Assembly: GCA_023228885.1 (NCBI GenBank)
Contig: JALOAJ010000002.1
Coordinates: 53,955-117,954 of the forward strand
Source: Bacillota bacterium
GTDB taxonomy: Bacteria; Bacillota; Clostridia; Monoglobales; Firm-18
Length of the DNA stretch: 64,000 bases
Reading direction: 5' to 3'
Position numbers and translations under genes: made by a program. Every line of letters begins with the position of its first letter. The stretch's first letter is position 1. Of this stretch, positions 18,844-29,767 are shown piece by piece. The notes under the pieces were generated by a model. That model was not told where the DNA came from, did not search any database, and saw nothing but the letters and a program-made list of their open reading frames with translations.

Positions 18844-18880
18844 AAATTCCTACCCAACTTGTTTTAAGGGAGTGAATTTT

Positions 18881-20332
18881 ATGAGCGAAACCTTGCACAC
18901 CGCATCTCGTCCGGTTGCCAAGGGGCGTGCTATGCAACCATTTGTTAAAAGGGTTAGCACTACTTTCGCAGCCTTGCTCGTTATTGGCGCTTTTTCAGTG
19001 TTTATTTTAATCTACTTACCTTTAAATAAAGCACTTGAAAAAAGCTTAATCAATAATTTTAGACATCTTTCATCTGCAAGCTATCAAACACTTCAAAACG
19101 ATATTTTTAAATGTGTGGAAAGCGGCAAAGTTTTATCAACTCGTATAGCACTAAAAAATGCTATATTAAACTACAAAAACGAGGAAATAGGCATTGAGGA
19201 GCTTGCGTTGTTTTCTCAAAGCAAATATGAAGAAGCCTTGCAAGGCGTTGGCGGTTTAATTTCGGCAAATCGTTTTGTTGATGACATTCCAATCGCAAAA
19301 GTTTCCCAATCAAAGGTTAGCCTTGATGAATGGGACATGTCGGATATCATGTTTGATAAAAATAAGGCTGCGGATTCAAATATACTTTTAAAAGACAACC
19401 GCATATACTGTATTGTAAAGTCTGTTATTGTTCACGATAGCAAAAGAATTGGGCACGATATGCTTGTTTTTGATTTAACGGAGGATGTAAACCTGCTTTC
19501 CGGCAATGTATTTGATGTAAGCATAATAAACGCCGCAGCATATAAGACGCTAATTAACGACTCTAAAATATATCAAAATTTTGACGGAATGTTGCTGTTG
19601 GGTATGCCCGACTCATTTTATGTATCCATTCCGATAAACGAAAACGCCTATTTTGTTGCTGAACAAAGCAAAAAACAGATGTTTTCGATGGTAAACCACT
19701 TGGGAACTCAGGCATGCATAGTTTTTGCTTGCATATTGCTTGCTTACATCATTATGGTTCATCTAAATATTGTGCAGTTTGCAAAAAAGGAACTAAAAAA
19801 ATTGGAAATCACAAATGCAGCCCTTGGGAAAGCAGCGTCAGAGGCTAATGTTGATTCTTTGACAAAAGCAGGGAGCCGCCGTTACGGCACGGAATTTTTT
19901 GAAAAGGTGTTTTCCGATTTTAAAATAGGCGCGCCTTCCCCCATAATCATTATGTTTGATATTGATTTATTTAAACAAATAAACGATTCCTACGGTCATT
20001 ACACAGGTGATAGGGTTTTAAAAAAAGTTGTTGCTGCAATAAGAAAAACTATTCGTAACGAAGATAAATTGTTTCGGTGGGGCGGGGATGAATTCGTAGG
20101 GGTGTTTTTTGGTATAAAAAAAGAAAATGCGGGCTTTTTTGCAAACAAGATGCTCAACACCGTTTTAGACTTGGAAATTGAATTAGACGGCAAAAAAATA
20201 AGACCAACGGTGTCTATCGGCATTTCGTATTTCAAAAGCACCGATACCGACTTTTACGAAGCGATAAACCGGGCAGACCGTGCAATGTATTTATCAAAAG
20301 CGGGACCCGAAAGAAAGGTAAATATTTTATAA
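18881..20332 (+). CDS. Membrane sensor diguanylate cyclase (GGDEF)
   Basis: Two TM segments flanking a ~250-aa extracytoplasmic region, coiled linker, GGDEF domain with RWGGDEF and an RNED I-site 5 residues upstream; ATG after AAGGGAG. Confidence 0.85.
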   Translation: MSETLHTASRPVAKGRAMQPFVKRVSTTFAALLVIGAFSVFILIYLPLNKALEKSLINNFRHLSSASYQTLQNDIFKCVESGKVLSTRIALKNAILNYKNEEIGIEELALFSQSKYEEALQGVGGLISANRFVDDIPIAKVSQSKVSLDEWDMSDIMFDKNKAADSNILLKDNRIYCIVKSVIVHDSKRIGHDMLVFDLTEDVNLLSGNVFDVSIINAAAYKTLINDSKIYQNFDGMLLLGMPDSFYVSIPINENAYFVAEQSKKQMFSMVNHLGTQACIVFACILLAYIIMVHLNIVQFAKKELKKLEITNAALGKAASEANVDSLTKAGSRRYGTEFFEKVFSDFKIGAPSPIIIMFDIDLFKQINDSYGHYTGDRVLKKVVAAIRKTIRNEDKLFRWGGDEFVGVFFGIKKENAGFFANKMLNTVLDLEIELDGKKIRPTVSIGISYFKSTDTDFYEAINRADRAMYLSKAGPERKVNIL

Positions 20333-20379
20333 GTTATACTGTAAATCCAAATATAAAAGGAGGCTTAATCCTTACTAAT

Positions 20380-21861
20380 ATGAAAGAATCATTTGATATT
20401 ATTGTTATAGGCAGCGGGGCGGGACTTATGCTTATGGAATCCGCCCTTGCAAACGGTTTAAACTGTGCAATTATTGAAAAATCAAAATTTGGCGGAACAT
20501 GCCTCACCAAAGGCTGTATCCCTTCCAAAATGCTTGTTTACCCCGCCGATTTAATTCGCGAGTCAGAAAAAGCCGACAGAGTTGGCGTTTCGTTCAAAAA
20601 ACCTTTTGTAGATTGGGAAAAGGTTTCAAAACGAATGTGGCAGCAAATCAATTATAGCGAAAAGATGGAAACTAACCTAAAGCAACTAAAAAATTTGCAA
20701 GTTTTTAACGGCACGGCAGAATTTACCGGGGAAAAAACGCTGCGGGTAAAACAAAATGACGGCAGTTATTCACATGAAATAAAAGGAAAAACCATAATTG
20801 TTGCACCCGGTTCACGCTCTTTTGTTCCACCTATTAAAAACATAGAACAAACCGGGTATGTGACATCCGAAACTTTTTTTGGAGAAAAGTTTCCAAAAAA
20901 GCTTTGGGATAGCGTTATAATTGTGGGCGGCGGCGCCGTAAGCGCTGAATTTGCACACATTTTTTCATCTTTTGGAACTAAAGTCACCATTGTTGAAACA
21001 AAATCTCGAATTCTATTTTCCGAAGAAGAAGAAATAAGCGCCTTTGTTGAGGCTGAATTTAAAAATAATTCAATCGATATATTGCTAAACAGCAATGTTA
21101 TAAGCTCAAAAAAGCTAAACGCCTTCAAAACCTTAACTGTTGAAAACACCGTAACAAAAGAAGTTGTCGACATTTCGGCAGACGAAATTTTTATCGCCTC
21201 GGGGATACAATCAAACGGTGATATCCTCCGCCTTGAAAACACCGATATACAAACAGACGAAAGAGGCTGGATTAAAACTAATGAATATCTGGAAACAACG
21301 CAAAAGGATGTTTATGCAATAGGCGACATAAACGGAAAATATCAACTTAGGCATAAGGCAAACTACGAAGCGGAAATTCTTATGCACAACCTGTTTTCAG
21401 ACGGCGCGAAAAAAGCCGCTTGCTATAATGCCGTTCCATGGGCAGTATTTACCAACCCGCAGGTTGCCCATGTGGGGATGACTGAACGCGAAGCAAAAAA
21501 CCTTGGAATACAGTACTGGGTGGGCAAAAACTTCTTTTCGCAAATTGCGGGCGGCACAGCCATGGGCATCACGGATGATTCATCCGACAACGGTTTTGTT
21601 AAAATAATCGTTGGAAAAGAAAAAACAATACTTGGCGCTCATGTGGTGGGGCCGCATGCCTCGATACTTGTACAACCATTTGTATATTTAATGAACGCGA
21701 ACCATAAATGCGAAAACCGTCAGATTGAAAAAATCGGCAACATAGCTTGCCCCCAATTGGGCAGTTATATGCCGATAAACGACTCAATGATAATCCATCC
21801 TTCGCTAAACGAGCTAACGGCATGGGTTATCGGAAATATTGATTGGAAAGACAAGAAATAA
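20380..21861 (+). CDS. Class I pyridine nucleotide-disulfide oxidoreductase (dihydrolipoyl dehydrogenase / glutathione reductase family)
   Basis: FAD fold IVIGSGAG, redox disulfide GGTCLTKGCIPSK, NAD fold VGGGAVSAEFA, C-terminal HPSLNE dimer-interface motif. Confidence 0.8.
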   Translation: MKESFDIIVIGSGAGLMLMESALANGLNCAIIEKSKFGGTCLTKGCIPSKMLVYPADLIRESEKADRVGVSFKKPFVDWEKVSKRMWQQINYSEKMETNLKQLKNLQVFNGTAEFTGEKTLRVKQNDGSYSHEIKGKTIIVAPGSRSFVPPIKNIEQTGYVTSETFFGEKFPKKLWDSVIIVGGGAVSAEFAHIFSSFGTKVTIVETKSRILFSEEEEISAFVEAEFKNNSIDILLNSNVISSKKLNAFKTLTVENTVTKEVVDISADEIFIASGIQSNGDILRLENTDIQTDERGWIKTNEYLETTQKDVYAIGDINGKYQLRHKANYEAEILMHNLFSDGAKKAACYNAVPWAVFTNPQVAHVGMTEREAKNLGIQYWVGKNFFSQIAGGTAMGITDDSSDNGFVKIIVGKEKTILGAHVVGPHASILVQPFVYLMNANHKCENRQIEKIGNIACPQLGSYMPINDSMIIHPSLNELTAWVIGNIDWKDKK

Positions 21862-21879
21862 AGCTGAGGCAATGTTTTG

Positions 21880-22821
21880 TTATATATTCAAGCTTTCTAT
21901 TCTGCACCCATCGGTATAACCTAAAAGCTCTATCATGGAAGGGATATTATTCCCTTCCTTTGTTACTTTAGCGCTTGCGCAAGATGTGCCCAACACTAAT
22001 TGCCTTGAAAACTCTATATTGCTTAAATGCCCATGACACATTCCTGCCAAAAATGCATCGCCGGCTCCCACCGTTGAATTAACCGCAACCGCAGGCGGAA
22101 TTACTTTAATTGCCTCGTCTTTCGTAACACCTATAACCCCGTTTTTTCCGAGCGTTACAACAATTCGTTCGATATCGTATTTTTCAATCAATGCCATGCT
22201 TTCTTTTAATATTTGTTGCTCAGATAGCCCCGTCTTGCCTAACATATCTTCAAATTCAAACAAATTCGGCTTTATGCAAAACGGCGAAGCCTTGATGCTT
22301 TCTCGCAACACGCTGCCGCCGCAATCTAAAAAAACATCTTTTTTATATTGTTTAGCAATTTTTATTAAATTAAAATATGTTCCCAAAACCATATCCGGCA
22401 ACAAACTTCCGCTCAAAACAACAATATCCGCAAAGGGCAGTTTTTCTTGGTATTTTTCAATAAAAAGCGAATAATCATCACTCGAAATGGGCTCTCCTGT
22501 TTCGTTAATTCCCGTTATGGCTTTCGCAGACAAATCCATAACTTTAACATTAAGCCGAGTTTCAAAGTTTTTTATGCGAACAGGGTCAAAATTAACGCCC
22601 TCCTCGTTTAACTTTTTTATCAAAAGTTCTCCTGTGTTGCCGCCTATAAGCCCAAGAGCCAATGTATCGCGCCCCAAAAGCCCGCATACGCGCGAAACAT
22701 TTATTCCCTTGCTTCCGGCATTAAGCAAAACCTTGTTTGCCCTGTTTAGCTCCTCCGGTTTAAAGCTGTCTAAAATGTATGTTTTATCAACCGATGGGTT
22801 GAGAGTTACAGTAAGAACCAT
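21880..22821 (-). CDS. PfkB-family sugar-phosphate kinase (1-phosphofructokinase / tagatose-6-P kinase subfamily)
   Basis: MVLTVTLNPSVDKT N-terminus and GAGDAFLAG near the C-terminus; ATG 6 nt after GGAGG (the track start at 22845 is an upstream extension). Confidence 0.8.
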   Translation of the reverse strand: MVLTVTLNPSVDKTYILDSFKPEELNRANKVLLNAGSKGINVSRVCGLLGRDTLALGLIGGNTGELLIKKLNEEGVNFDPVRIKNFETRLNVKVMDLSAKAITGINETGEPISSDDYSLFIEKYQEKLPFADIVVLSGSLLPDMVLGTYFNLIKIAKQYKKDVFLDCGGSVLRESIKASPFCIKPNLFEFEDMLGKTGLSEQQILKESMALIEKYDIERIVVTLGKNGVIGVTKDEAIKVIPPAVAVNSTVGAGDAFLAGMCHGHLSNIEFSRQLVLGTSCASAKVTKEGNNIPSMIELLGYTDGCRIESLNI

Positions 22822-22917
22822 AGTGACCTCCGATTCAATTATCACTTCGATACTATATTTTTACATATGCATTATATAATATTCTTACCAAAAAAGCAAT
22901 GTTTTTTTGATAATTCC

Positions 22918-22946
22918 TTGAACTTAGGGCAAAAATATATTATAAT
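22918..22946 (+). promoter_or_regulatory. Sigma-A promoter of the SRP RNA gene
   Basis: TTGAAC-17 nt-TATAAT ending 7 nt before the predicted RNA 5' end. Confidence 0.65.
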
Positions 22947-22952
22947 AAGATA

Positions 22953-23227
22953 CATACCGCACTAGTTGGGGAATTAGCGGCGCCCTGAACCCTTAATCCG
23001 CTATAATGGGGACGAATGCTCTTTTGAGGTATGGGTTATGTAAGGTCTGCATTAACGAACAGTATGATGAGAGTCCGGTCCCGCGCAACAAAGGGTTATG
23101 AACCTCGTCAGGTCGGGAACGAAGCAGCGATAAGTAATTTTCTTTGTGTGCCGTGGGGCTGCCGGGCTTGAATATTTTTCGTTCTTAACGCTTATGTAAT
23201 CGTATCGACTTTGAGATGTGCGGTATG
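22953..23227 (+). ncRNA. ffs: Signal recognition particle RNA, long Bacillus type (scRNA)
   Basis: Conserved domain IV sequence GTCAGGTCGGGAACGAAGCAGC; Alu-domain-like 5' part (GGCGCCCTGAACCC...AATCCGC); 5' CATACCGCAC pairs with 3' GTGCGGTATG; T-run follows; position directly upstream of dnaX as in B. subtilis. Confidence 0.85.
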
Positions 23228-23257
23228 TTTTTTATAAAATCGGGGGTTTGAATATTT

Positions 23258-24826
23258 GTGGCTTATCAGGCGCTTTATCGAAAATGGCGTCCAATGGTGT
23301 TTGAAGATGTCATTGGGCAATCGCACATTACCGAAACACTGGGAAATGAAATAATCAGCAAAAAAATAGCTCATGCCTTCCTGTTTTGCGGCACAAGGGG
23401 AACGGGCAAAACAACAGCGGCAAAAATACTAAGCAGGGCGGTAAACTGCATCTCGCCTAAACTTGGCGGCAACCCCTGCAACGAGTGCTCCAGCTGCCGG
23501 GGCATTATTAAGGGCACCATAATGGATGTCATCGAAATAGATGCCGCATCAAACAACGGCGTTGATGATATCAGAAAACTGCGTGATGAAGTGATTTACA
23601 CCCCTGCAACCACGAAATATAAAGTTTACATTATAGATGAGGTTCATATGCTTTCAATGGGCGCATTTAATGCGTTATTGAAAACCCTTGAAGAGCCTCC
23701 GCCGCATGCTATCTTCATATTGGCAACCACAGAGCCGCACAAAATACCTGCCACAATACAATCACGCTGTCAACGCTTTGATTTTCGGCGGATTTCAAAC
23801 CATCATATAGCCGGCAGGATAGGTGAAATAGCTAAAAAAGAAGGCATCGAAATGTCATCGGATGCGATAAGGCTTGTTGCATCGATAGGCGACGGCTCAA
23901 TGAGGGATGCCCTTAGCGTGCTTGATTTATTTATTGGCAAGCCGGGTGAAATAACAAAAAGCGATGTAGAAAATTTAACAGGAATGGCTGGCAACGAAAT
24001 TATTTTTAAAATAGCCGGTTCACTTATAGATAAAGATATTTCAAGCGTAATTTTATTTACCGATGAGGCGATAAAAGCGGGCAGGGACATCACTTATTTC
24101 GCAGAGGAACTGCTCAACTTTTTCAGAGAATTGCTAATTTGCAAGGTGTCATTGGCATCGGCGGATATTTTGGATAAATCAGACGAGGAATTGGCTCTTT
24201 TAAAAAGTCTATCCGAAAAAACAACTACCGAAATGCTTGTTCACTCAATAAAAGTTTTCTCGGATGCGATTTACATGTGCAAATGGGCATCAAATCCCAA
24301 AGTTATATTAGAAACATCTATGATAAAAATATGCAGCCCACAGCTTGACACAACAAGTGAAGCGTTTGCGGCTCGTTTGGAAAAATTAGAATCGGCGCTT
24401 ATGCTTGGCAAGGGGTTGAAAGCCGATACAAAAAATGTCGTTTTGCAAAAACAAACGGAAAGTGCGGCGGAGCAAAAAGAAGAACCGCAAAAAGAACAGG
24501 AAATGCCCGATGAATGGTCGCAAATAATAAATGCTGTAAAAAAACAAGATGAGGCTGCCGCCGCTTTACTTTGCAACACCGAATGTAAAATAGACGATAA
24601 TGCTTTTTACATAATATTTAAAAGCGCGGCAATTCGTGACATTGCAAGCAAAGACGAAAATATTAAAAATATTTTATCGAAAAAAACACAAAACCGCATA
24701 TTGCGGTTTGTGGAACAAAATGAGCTTCAGGGCGTCGAAAATAAATCGGCTGACAAACAGCCTGACCCTATTGACGAATTATTACAGAAAAAAAACGAGT
24801 TGGGCGACCAAATGACAATATTTTGA
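23258..24826 (+). CDS. dnaX: DNA polymerase III subunit gamma/tau
   Basis: MAYQALYRKWRP..., GTRGTGKTT Walker A, zinc module CNECSSC, IIDEVHML, TIQSRCQRF. Confidence 0.95.
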   Translation: MAYQALYRKWRPMVFEDVIGQSHITETLGNEIISKKIAHAFLFCGTRGTGKTTAAKILSRAVNCISPKLGGNPCNECSSCRGIIKGTIMDVIEIDAASNNGVDDIRKLRDEVIYTPATTKYKVYIIDEVHMLSMGAFNALLKTLEEPPPHAIFILATTEPHKIPATIQSRCQRFDFRRISNHHIAGRIGEIAKKEGIEMSSDAIRLVASIGDGSMRDALSVLDLFIGKPGEITKSDVENLTGMAGNEIIFKIAGSLIDKDISSVILFTDEAIKAGRDITYFAEELLNFFRELLICKVSLASADILDKSDEELALLKSLSEKTTTEMLVHSIKVFSDAIYMCKWASNPKVILETSMIKICSPQLDTTSEAFAARLEKLESALMLGKGLKADTKNVVLQKQTESAAEQKEEPQKEQEMPDEWSQIINAVKKQDEAAAALLCNTECKIDDNAFYIIFKSAAIRDIASKDENIKNILSKKTQNRILRFVEQNELQGVENKSADKQPDPIDELLQKKNELGDQMTIF

Positions 24827-24840
24827 GGAGGATATAAAGA

Positions 24841-25179
24841 TTGGCAAAAAATAAGTTCCCAAAAATGGGCGGCGGCATGAACAATATGCTAAAACAAGCG
24901 CAAAAAATGCAGCAACAAATGGAAAGTATGCAAGGAGACATTGAAAACCGCATTATCGAGGTCTCGGCAGGCGGCGGTGCGGTAACGATAACAATGAGCG
25001 GCAAAAAAGAAGTGAAATCCATTAAAATAAGCCCGGATATTGTTGACCCGGACGATGTTGAAATGCTTGAAGATATAATAATGGCTGCGGTTAACGAAGC
25101 CGTTTTAAAAGCAGACAAAATGTTGGCTGATGAAATGGGCAAAATCACCGGCGGTATAAGCCTTCCTGGGCTATTCTGA
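24841..25179 (+). CDS. ybaB: Nucleoid-associated protein YbaB/EbfC
   Basis: [18 protein letters not shown]...[16 protein letters not shown]; TTG start 8 nt after GGAGG; dnaX-ybaB-recR synteny. Confidence 0.9.
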   Translation: MAKNKFPKMGGGMNNMLKQAQKMQQQMESMQGDIENRIIEVSAGGGAVTITMSGKKEVKSIKISPDIVDPDDVEMLEDIIMAAVNEAVLKADKMLADEMGKITGGISLPGLF

Positions 25180-25183
25180 TTAT

Positions 25184-25783
25184 ATGGATTATTATGTAAA
25201 GCCCCTTGCGCACTTGATAGAACAGTTTGAAAAACTGCCCGGCATTGGGCATAAAACGGCAAGGCGCCTTGCCTTTCATATTCTTGATTCACCTGATGTA
25301 CATGCGGAGGAATTTGCCAATGCGTTGATAAATGCCAAAAAGCTTGTGCGATATTGCAATATCTGCCAAAACATGACGGACGCGGAAGTTTGTTTAATAT
25401 GCGCTGACGATAAAAGGGATAACTCCGTTATTTGTGTTATGGAAAGCCCAAAAGATGTTATGGCGCTTGAAAAAGCAAGGGAATATAACGGTTTATATCA
25501 TGTGCTGCACGGCGCAATTTCGCCAATGGACGGTATCGGTCCGGAAGATATAAAAATTGCGGAGTTGCTTTCCCGGCTTAGCAGCGACACCGTTAAAGAG
25601 GTCATAATGGCGACCAACCCGAATATAGAAGGCGAAGCGACTGCAATGTACTTATCAAAGCTTATTAAACCGCTTGGGGTAAAGGTTACAAGGATAGCCC
25701 ACGGCGTGCCGGTAGGCGGCGATTTGGAATACGCAGATGAAATCACCCTTTCAAGAGCAATTGAGGGAAGGCGTGAGATGTAG
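25184..25783 (+). CDS. recR: Recombination protein RecR
   Basis: [15 protein letters not shown] helix-hairpin-helix, C4 zinc finger (CNICQN...CLICAD), Toprim domain. Confidence 0.95.
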   Translation: MDYYVKPLAHLIEQFEKLPGIGHKTARRLAFHILDSPDVHAEEFANALINAKKLVRYCNICQNMTDAEVCLICADDKRDNSVICVMESPKDVMALEKAREYNGLYHVLHGAISPMDGIGPEDIKIAELLSRLSSDTVKEVIMATNPNIEGEATAMYLSKLIKPLGVKVTRIAHGVPVGGDLEYADEITLSRAIEGRREM

Positions 25784-25797
25784 CTTTTACGAAAGGA

Positions 25798-27069
25798 ATG
25801 AAAGCCTTGATAAATACTGCAGCCAAAAAGGAAACGGCTGTTCTTTTCGGGGTTCACACCGATAACAGAAACTATATACAAGACTGTACGGAAGACTCCA
25901 TGCAGGAGCTTGCTCTGCTTGCCGAAACGGCAGGTGCAGAGGTTGCAGGGGTCATTATTCAAAACCGCCCATCTCCGGACAATGCAACATACCTTGGAGA
26001 GGGTAAAATTTTTGAGCTTAAAGCGCTTTGTGAGGCAAACGATGCAAACATAGTTATTTGCGATGACGAACTTACCGGAACACAGGTTAAAAACATAGAA
26101 AATGCCTTGGATATCCGTGTTATAGACAGAAGTTCTTTAATTATGGATATTTTTGCGCAACGCGCAAAAACCCGCGAAGGTCAACTTCAAGTTGAGCTTG
26201 CGCAGCTCAGGTACTTCCTCCCTCGTCTTACCGGCTCTTTTACGGGCTTGTCAAGACAGGTGGGCAACAGTTCAATAGGCGGGGCGCGCAGAGGACCCGG
26301 CGAAACAAAGCTTGAAACGGACAGACGCCATATAAAAAGCCGAATTCAAACGATTACGGAGCATCTTTCAAAGGTGCATCGGCATCGCAACACACAGCGA
26401 AGGCAACGCGTTAAACAAGGTATTTTACAGGTTTCAATTGTGGGTTACACAAACTCGGGCAAATCAACCCTTTTGAACCATCTCACAAATGCCGGCGTGC
26501 TTGCGGAAGATAAATTGTTCGCATCACTTGACCCTACTGCAAAAAAACTGACCTTGCCTGATGGCACAAACATTATTATAATCGATACCGTCGGGTTTAT
26601 CAGAAAACTTCCCCACCACCTTATAAAAGCATTTAAAGCAACATTGGAAGAAACGATAAACGCCGATATGCTTTTGCATGTCGCTGATGCATCCTCACAG
26701 CATTTGGAGGATAACATTAAGGTTGTCGAGGGAATTCTTGCCGATTTGTGCGCTTTGGATAAGCCTGTGCTAACGGTGTATAATAAGATTGATTTGGTTG
26801 AAAAGACATCTAATTTTGTCGCCAACAAAGTTGAAATAAGCGCAAAAACAGGCGCCGGCATTGATGATATGTTAAATACTGTCTGCAATATGCTGCCCAA
26901 AATAAACAAAAGAGTTACTGTTGTTATTCCATACGCTAAAAGTGAAATGGTTTCAACGCTTTATAAAAATGCCCATGTTTTTTCCGAACAGCATGAGGAG
27001 CACGGAACAAAGCTTGATATAATTATTGACAAAAGCCTGATTTCGATTGTGAGTGATTATATTGTATGA
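25798..27069 (+). CDS. hflX: GTPase HflX
   Basis: HflX N-domain, GYTNSGKSTLLN G1, DTVGFI G3, NKID G4. Confidence 0.93.
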   Translation: MKALINTAAKKETAVLFGVHTDNRNYIQDCTEDSMQELALLAETAGAEVAGVIIQNRPSPDNATYLGEGKIFELKALCEANDANIVICDDELTGTQVKNIENALDIRVIDRSSLIMDIFAQRAKTREGQLQVELAQLRYFLPRLTGSFTGLSRQVGNSSIGGARRGPGETKLETDRRHIKSRIQTITEHLSKVHRHRNTQRRQRVKQGILQVSIVGYTNSGKSTLLNHLTNAGVLAEDKLFASLDPTAKKLTLPDGTNIIIIDTVGFIRKLPHHLIKAFKATLEETINADMLLHVADASSQHLEDNIKVVEGILADLCALDKPVLTVYNKIDLVEKTSNFVANKVEISAKTGAGIDDMLNTVCNMLPKINKRVTVVIPYAKSEMVSTLYKNAHVFSEQHEEHGTKLDIIIDKSLISIVSDYIV

Positions 27070-27685
27070 GTATAAAACAATAAAACAACGACATTCCTTT
27101 GAAATTATAGAAAAAAAGTCACGATTTATAGCGCATGTTATGCCTGTTGGCAATGAGAATGACGCCCTTTCTTTTATAAACGCAAAAAAAACGGAGTTTT
27201 GGGATGCAAGCCACAATGTCTATGCTTATGTGTTAAAAGAAAATTCAATTTCCCGCTATTCAGACGATGGCGAGCCGCTCGGAACTGCCGGAATCCCAGC
27301 ATTAAATGTAATCCAAAAAGAGGAACTTTTGGATGTATGCGTTGTGGTTACGCGATATTTCGGCGGGATACAGTTGGGTGCAGGCGGTCTGGTAAGGGCT
27401 TATACCAAATCAACTAAAAGCGTTATAGATAATGCGGGCGTTGTGCGCCGAATTTATTGTTTATTATATAACATACAAACCGAATATACCTTGCTTGGCA
27501 AGGTGCAAAATGCGGCTGCCGAATACGGCTGCATTGCGGGAAATATAGAATACACCGACATTGTACGGTTGCAATATTATGTTCCGTTTAACTTAAACAA
27601 TTTTTGCAATATTATAAATGAGGCTACAAACGGGAGCGCGGCTATAACCAAGACGGATGAAGGGAGATACATAGATGTTAAGTGA
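27053..27685 (+). CDS. yigZ: IMPACT/YigZ family protein (UPF0029)
   Basis: [13 protein letters not shown]...[10 protein letters not shown]...[10 protein letters not shown]...[21 protein letters not shown]; GTG start overlapping the hflX end. Confidence 0.88.
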   Translation: MIILYEYKTIKQRHSFEIIEKKSRFIAHVMPVGNENDALSFINAKKTEFWDASHNVYAYVLKENSISRYSDDGEPLGTAGIPALNVIQKEELLDVCVVVTRYFGGIQLGAGGLVRAYTKSTKSVIDNAGVVRRIYCLLYNIQTEYTLLGKVQNAAAEYGCIAGNIEYTDIVRLQYYVPFNLNNFCNIINEATNGSAAITKTDEGRYIDVK

Positions 27686-29342
27686 CATTGAAATTGCGCA
27701 AAGAGCAAATCCAAAACCAATAACCGAGGTTGCGGCTCTAATCGGGATTGAACATGACGAGCTTGAGCTTTATGGGAAATATAAGGCAAAGCTTTCCGAC
27801 GGCCTTGCAAAGCGTTTGGAGGACAAGCCAAGCGGAAAGCTGATTTTGGTTACGGCAATAAATCCAACCCCTGCCGGAGAGGGAAAAACCACAACAACAA
27901 TCGGTTTGGGGCAGGCTTTCCCCAAAATCGGCAAAAAAGCGGTTATCGCGATCAGAGAGCCCTCACTCGGACCGGTTATGGGCATGAAGGGCGGCGCAAC
28001 GGGCGGCGGATATTCGCAAGCCTTGCCCATGGAAGATATAAACCTTCACTTCACAGGCGATATGCACGCAATTTCTGCTGCAAACAACCTGCTTTGCGCT
28101 ATGGTTGATAACCACATACACCATGGAAATTCACTTAAAATTGATATAAACAGTATTCAAATCAAGCGTGTTGTTGATATGAACGACAGGGCGCTTCGAA
28201 ATATTGTAATTGGTTTGGGCGGCAAAATAAACGGTATTCCAAGGGAAGATAACTTTACCATAACGGTTGCATCTGAAATTATGGCGGTGCTTTGCCTGTG
28301 CGAAAATTTACAAGACCTAAAAATTCGGTTGGGTAAAATAGTTGTTGCGTATGACGAAAACGGCAAACCTGTTACAGCGACGGATTTAAAGGCAAACGGC
28401 GCAATGGCGATGCTTTTAAAAGATGCAATAAAACCTAACCTTGTTCAAACGCTTGAAAACACCCCTTGTATTATACACGGCGGACCATTTGCAAACATTG
28501 CTCACGGCTGCAACAGCATCAGGGCTACAAAGCTTGCCTTAAAATTAGGCGATTACTGCATTACGGAAGCGGGGTTCGGGGCAGACTTAGGAGCGGAAAA
28601 GTTTTTTGACATAAAGTGCAGGCTTGGCAACATAAAGCCAAATGCCGTGGTTATTGTGGCAACGCTGCGCGCTTTAAAATATAACGGCGGCGTGGATAAA
28701 GCAAATGTTTCCAAACCAAATTTGTCGGCGCTTAAATCGGGTATCTCAAACCTTGGCGCTCACATTGAAAATATAAAAAAATATAATGTGCCATGCGTGG
28801 TAGCCATCAATAGTTTTGAAACAGACGAAAGCGCCGAAGTTGATTTTGTGCTTGATTATTGTAACAACTACGGCGTAAAATGCGTGCTTTCAAATGCTTT
28901 TTCCCATGGGGGCGAAGGCGCAATCGAGCTTGCCAAAGCTGTCGAAATCGAGGCTGACAAGGCATCTGACTTTACACTGCTTTATGAAGATAGTGTCGGC
29001 ATCAAAGCAAAGATTGAAAAAATAGTAACGCAAATTTACGGCGGTAAAAATGTTATTTATACAACTGCGGCAGAAAAAAGTATTGAAAAACTTTCCGCGC
29101 TTGGATATTCAAACATGCCGATATGCATGGCTAAAACACAGTATTCTCTTAGCGATGACCCAACGCTGCTTGGCAGACCCAAAGGCTTTAGCGTGACGGT
29201 TCGCAATGTGAATGTATCGGCGGGGGCAGGTTTTATTGTGGCGATTGCAGGCAATATTATGACAATGCCCGGCTTGCCGAAAATTCCCGCGGCATGCGGC
29301 ATTGATATTTCCCACGACGGCAAAATTACGGGGTTGTTTTAA
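27675..29342 (+). CDS. fhs: Formate--tetrahydrofolate ligase
   Basis: MLSDIEIAQ..., [32 protein letters not shown], near full-length family match; 555 aa. Confidence 0.95.
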   Translation: MLSDIEIAQRANPKPITEVAALIGIEHDELELYGKYKAKLSDGLAKRLEDKPSGKLILVTAINPTPAGEGKTTTTIGLGQAFPKIGKKAVIAIREPSLGPVMGMKGGATGGGYSQALPMEDINLHFTGDMHAISAANNLLCAMVDNHIHHGNSLKIDINSIQIKRVVDMNDRALRNIVIGLGGKINGIPREDNFTITVASEIMAVLCLCENLQDLKIRLGKIVVAYDENGKPVTATDLKANGAMAMLLKDAIKPNLVQTLENTPCIIHGGPFANIAHGCNSIRATKLALKLGDYCITEAGFGADLGAEKFFDIKCRLGNIKPNAVVIVATLRALKYNGGVDKANVSKPNLSALKSGISNLGAHIENIKKYNVPCVVAINSFETDESAEVDFVLDYCNNYGVKCVLSNAFSHGGEGAIELAKAVEIEADKASDFTLLYEDSVGIKAKIEKIVTQIYGGKNVIYTTAAEKSIEKLSALGYSNMPICMAKTQYSLSDDPTLLGRPKGFSVTVRNVNVSAGAGFIVAIAGNIMTMPGLPKIPAACGIDISHDGKITGLF

Positions 29343-29767
29343 TGGTAAAAATAATTTCAAACTCGGAGGGCGACACTTTTGCCATAGGCGCCAAAATAGG
29401 CAAATCCTTAAAAGTTGGCGATGTGGTGATATGCAACGGGCAGCTTGGCAGCGGCAAGACAGCGTTGACAAAGGGTATTGCCTCGGCGTTTAATATAAAA
29501 AATGTGCACAGCCCAACCTTTACCTTGCTAAACGAGTACGAAGGCGATGTAAAGCTTTATCACTTTGATGCATACAGAATAAGCGAATCTGATTGGATGG
29601 ATTGCGGGTTTGATGAATATTTATACGGTGACGGCATTTGTGTGATAGAATGGGGAGAGAACATTAAAGGCATTTTGCCCGATAACATAATTGATGTTTC
29701 TATATCTCCTAACACACAATGCGGCGATAACAGCAGGCTTTTTTTAATAAAGGGGGCAAAGCTTTGA
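29342..29767 (+). CDS. tsaE: tRNA t6A37 biosynthesis ATPase TsaE
   Basis: GQLGSGKTALTKG P-loop, SPTFTLLNEY, HFDAYR; TAATG overlap with fhs. Confidence 0.9.
   Translation: MVKIISNSEGDTFAIGAKIGKSLKVGDVVICNGQLGSGKTALTKGIASAFNIKNVHSPTFTLLNEYEGDVKLYHFDAYRISESDWMDCGFDEYLYGDGICVIEWGENIKGILPDNIIDVSISPNTQCGDNSRLFLIKGAKL

Noticed and set aside
18815-18880. N-terminal extensions in the ORF track: 18815 for the DGC, 37778 for yceD, 60519 for metK, 14844 for darA, 22845 for pfkB, 37197 for rpmF and 31066 for the deaminase.
   Set aside because: Each extension lacks an SD sequence, runs through a promoter or an upstream gene, and adds residues absent from the family N-terminus. An internal start with a good SD matches the family N-terminus in every case.
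23831-23842. Possible dnaX -1 programmed frameshift at GCT AAA AAA GAA.
   Set aside because: The heptamer is T AAA AAA rather than A AAA AAG. No downstream stem-loop is evident. The site lies near codon 192, so the -1 product would be truncated well before domain III ends and could not mimic the gamma subunit.
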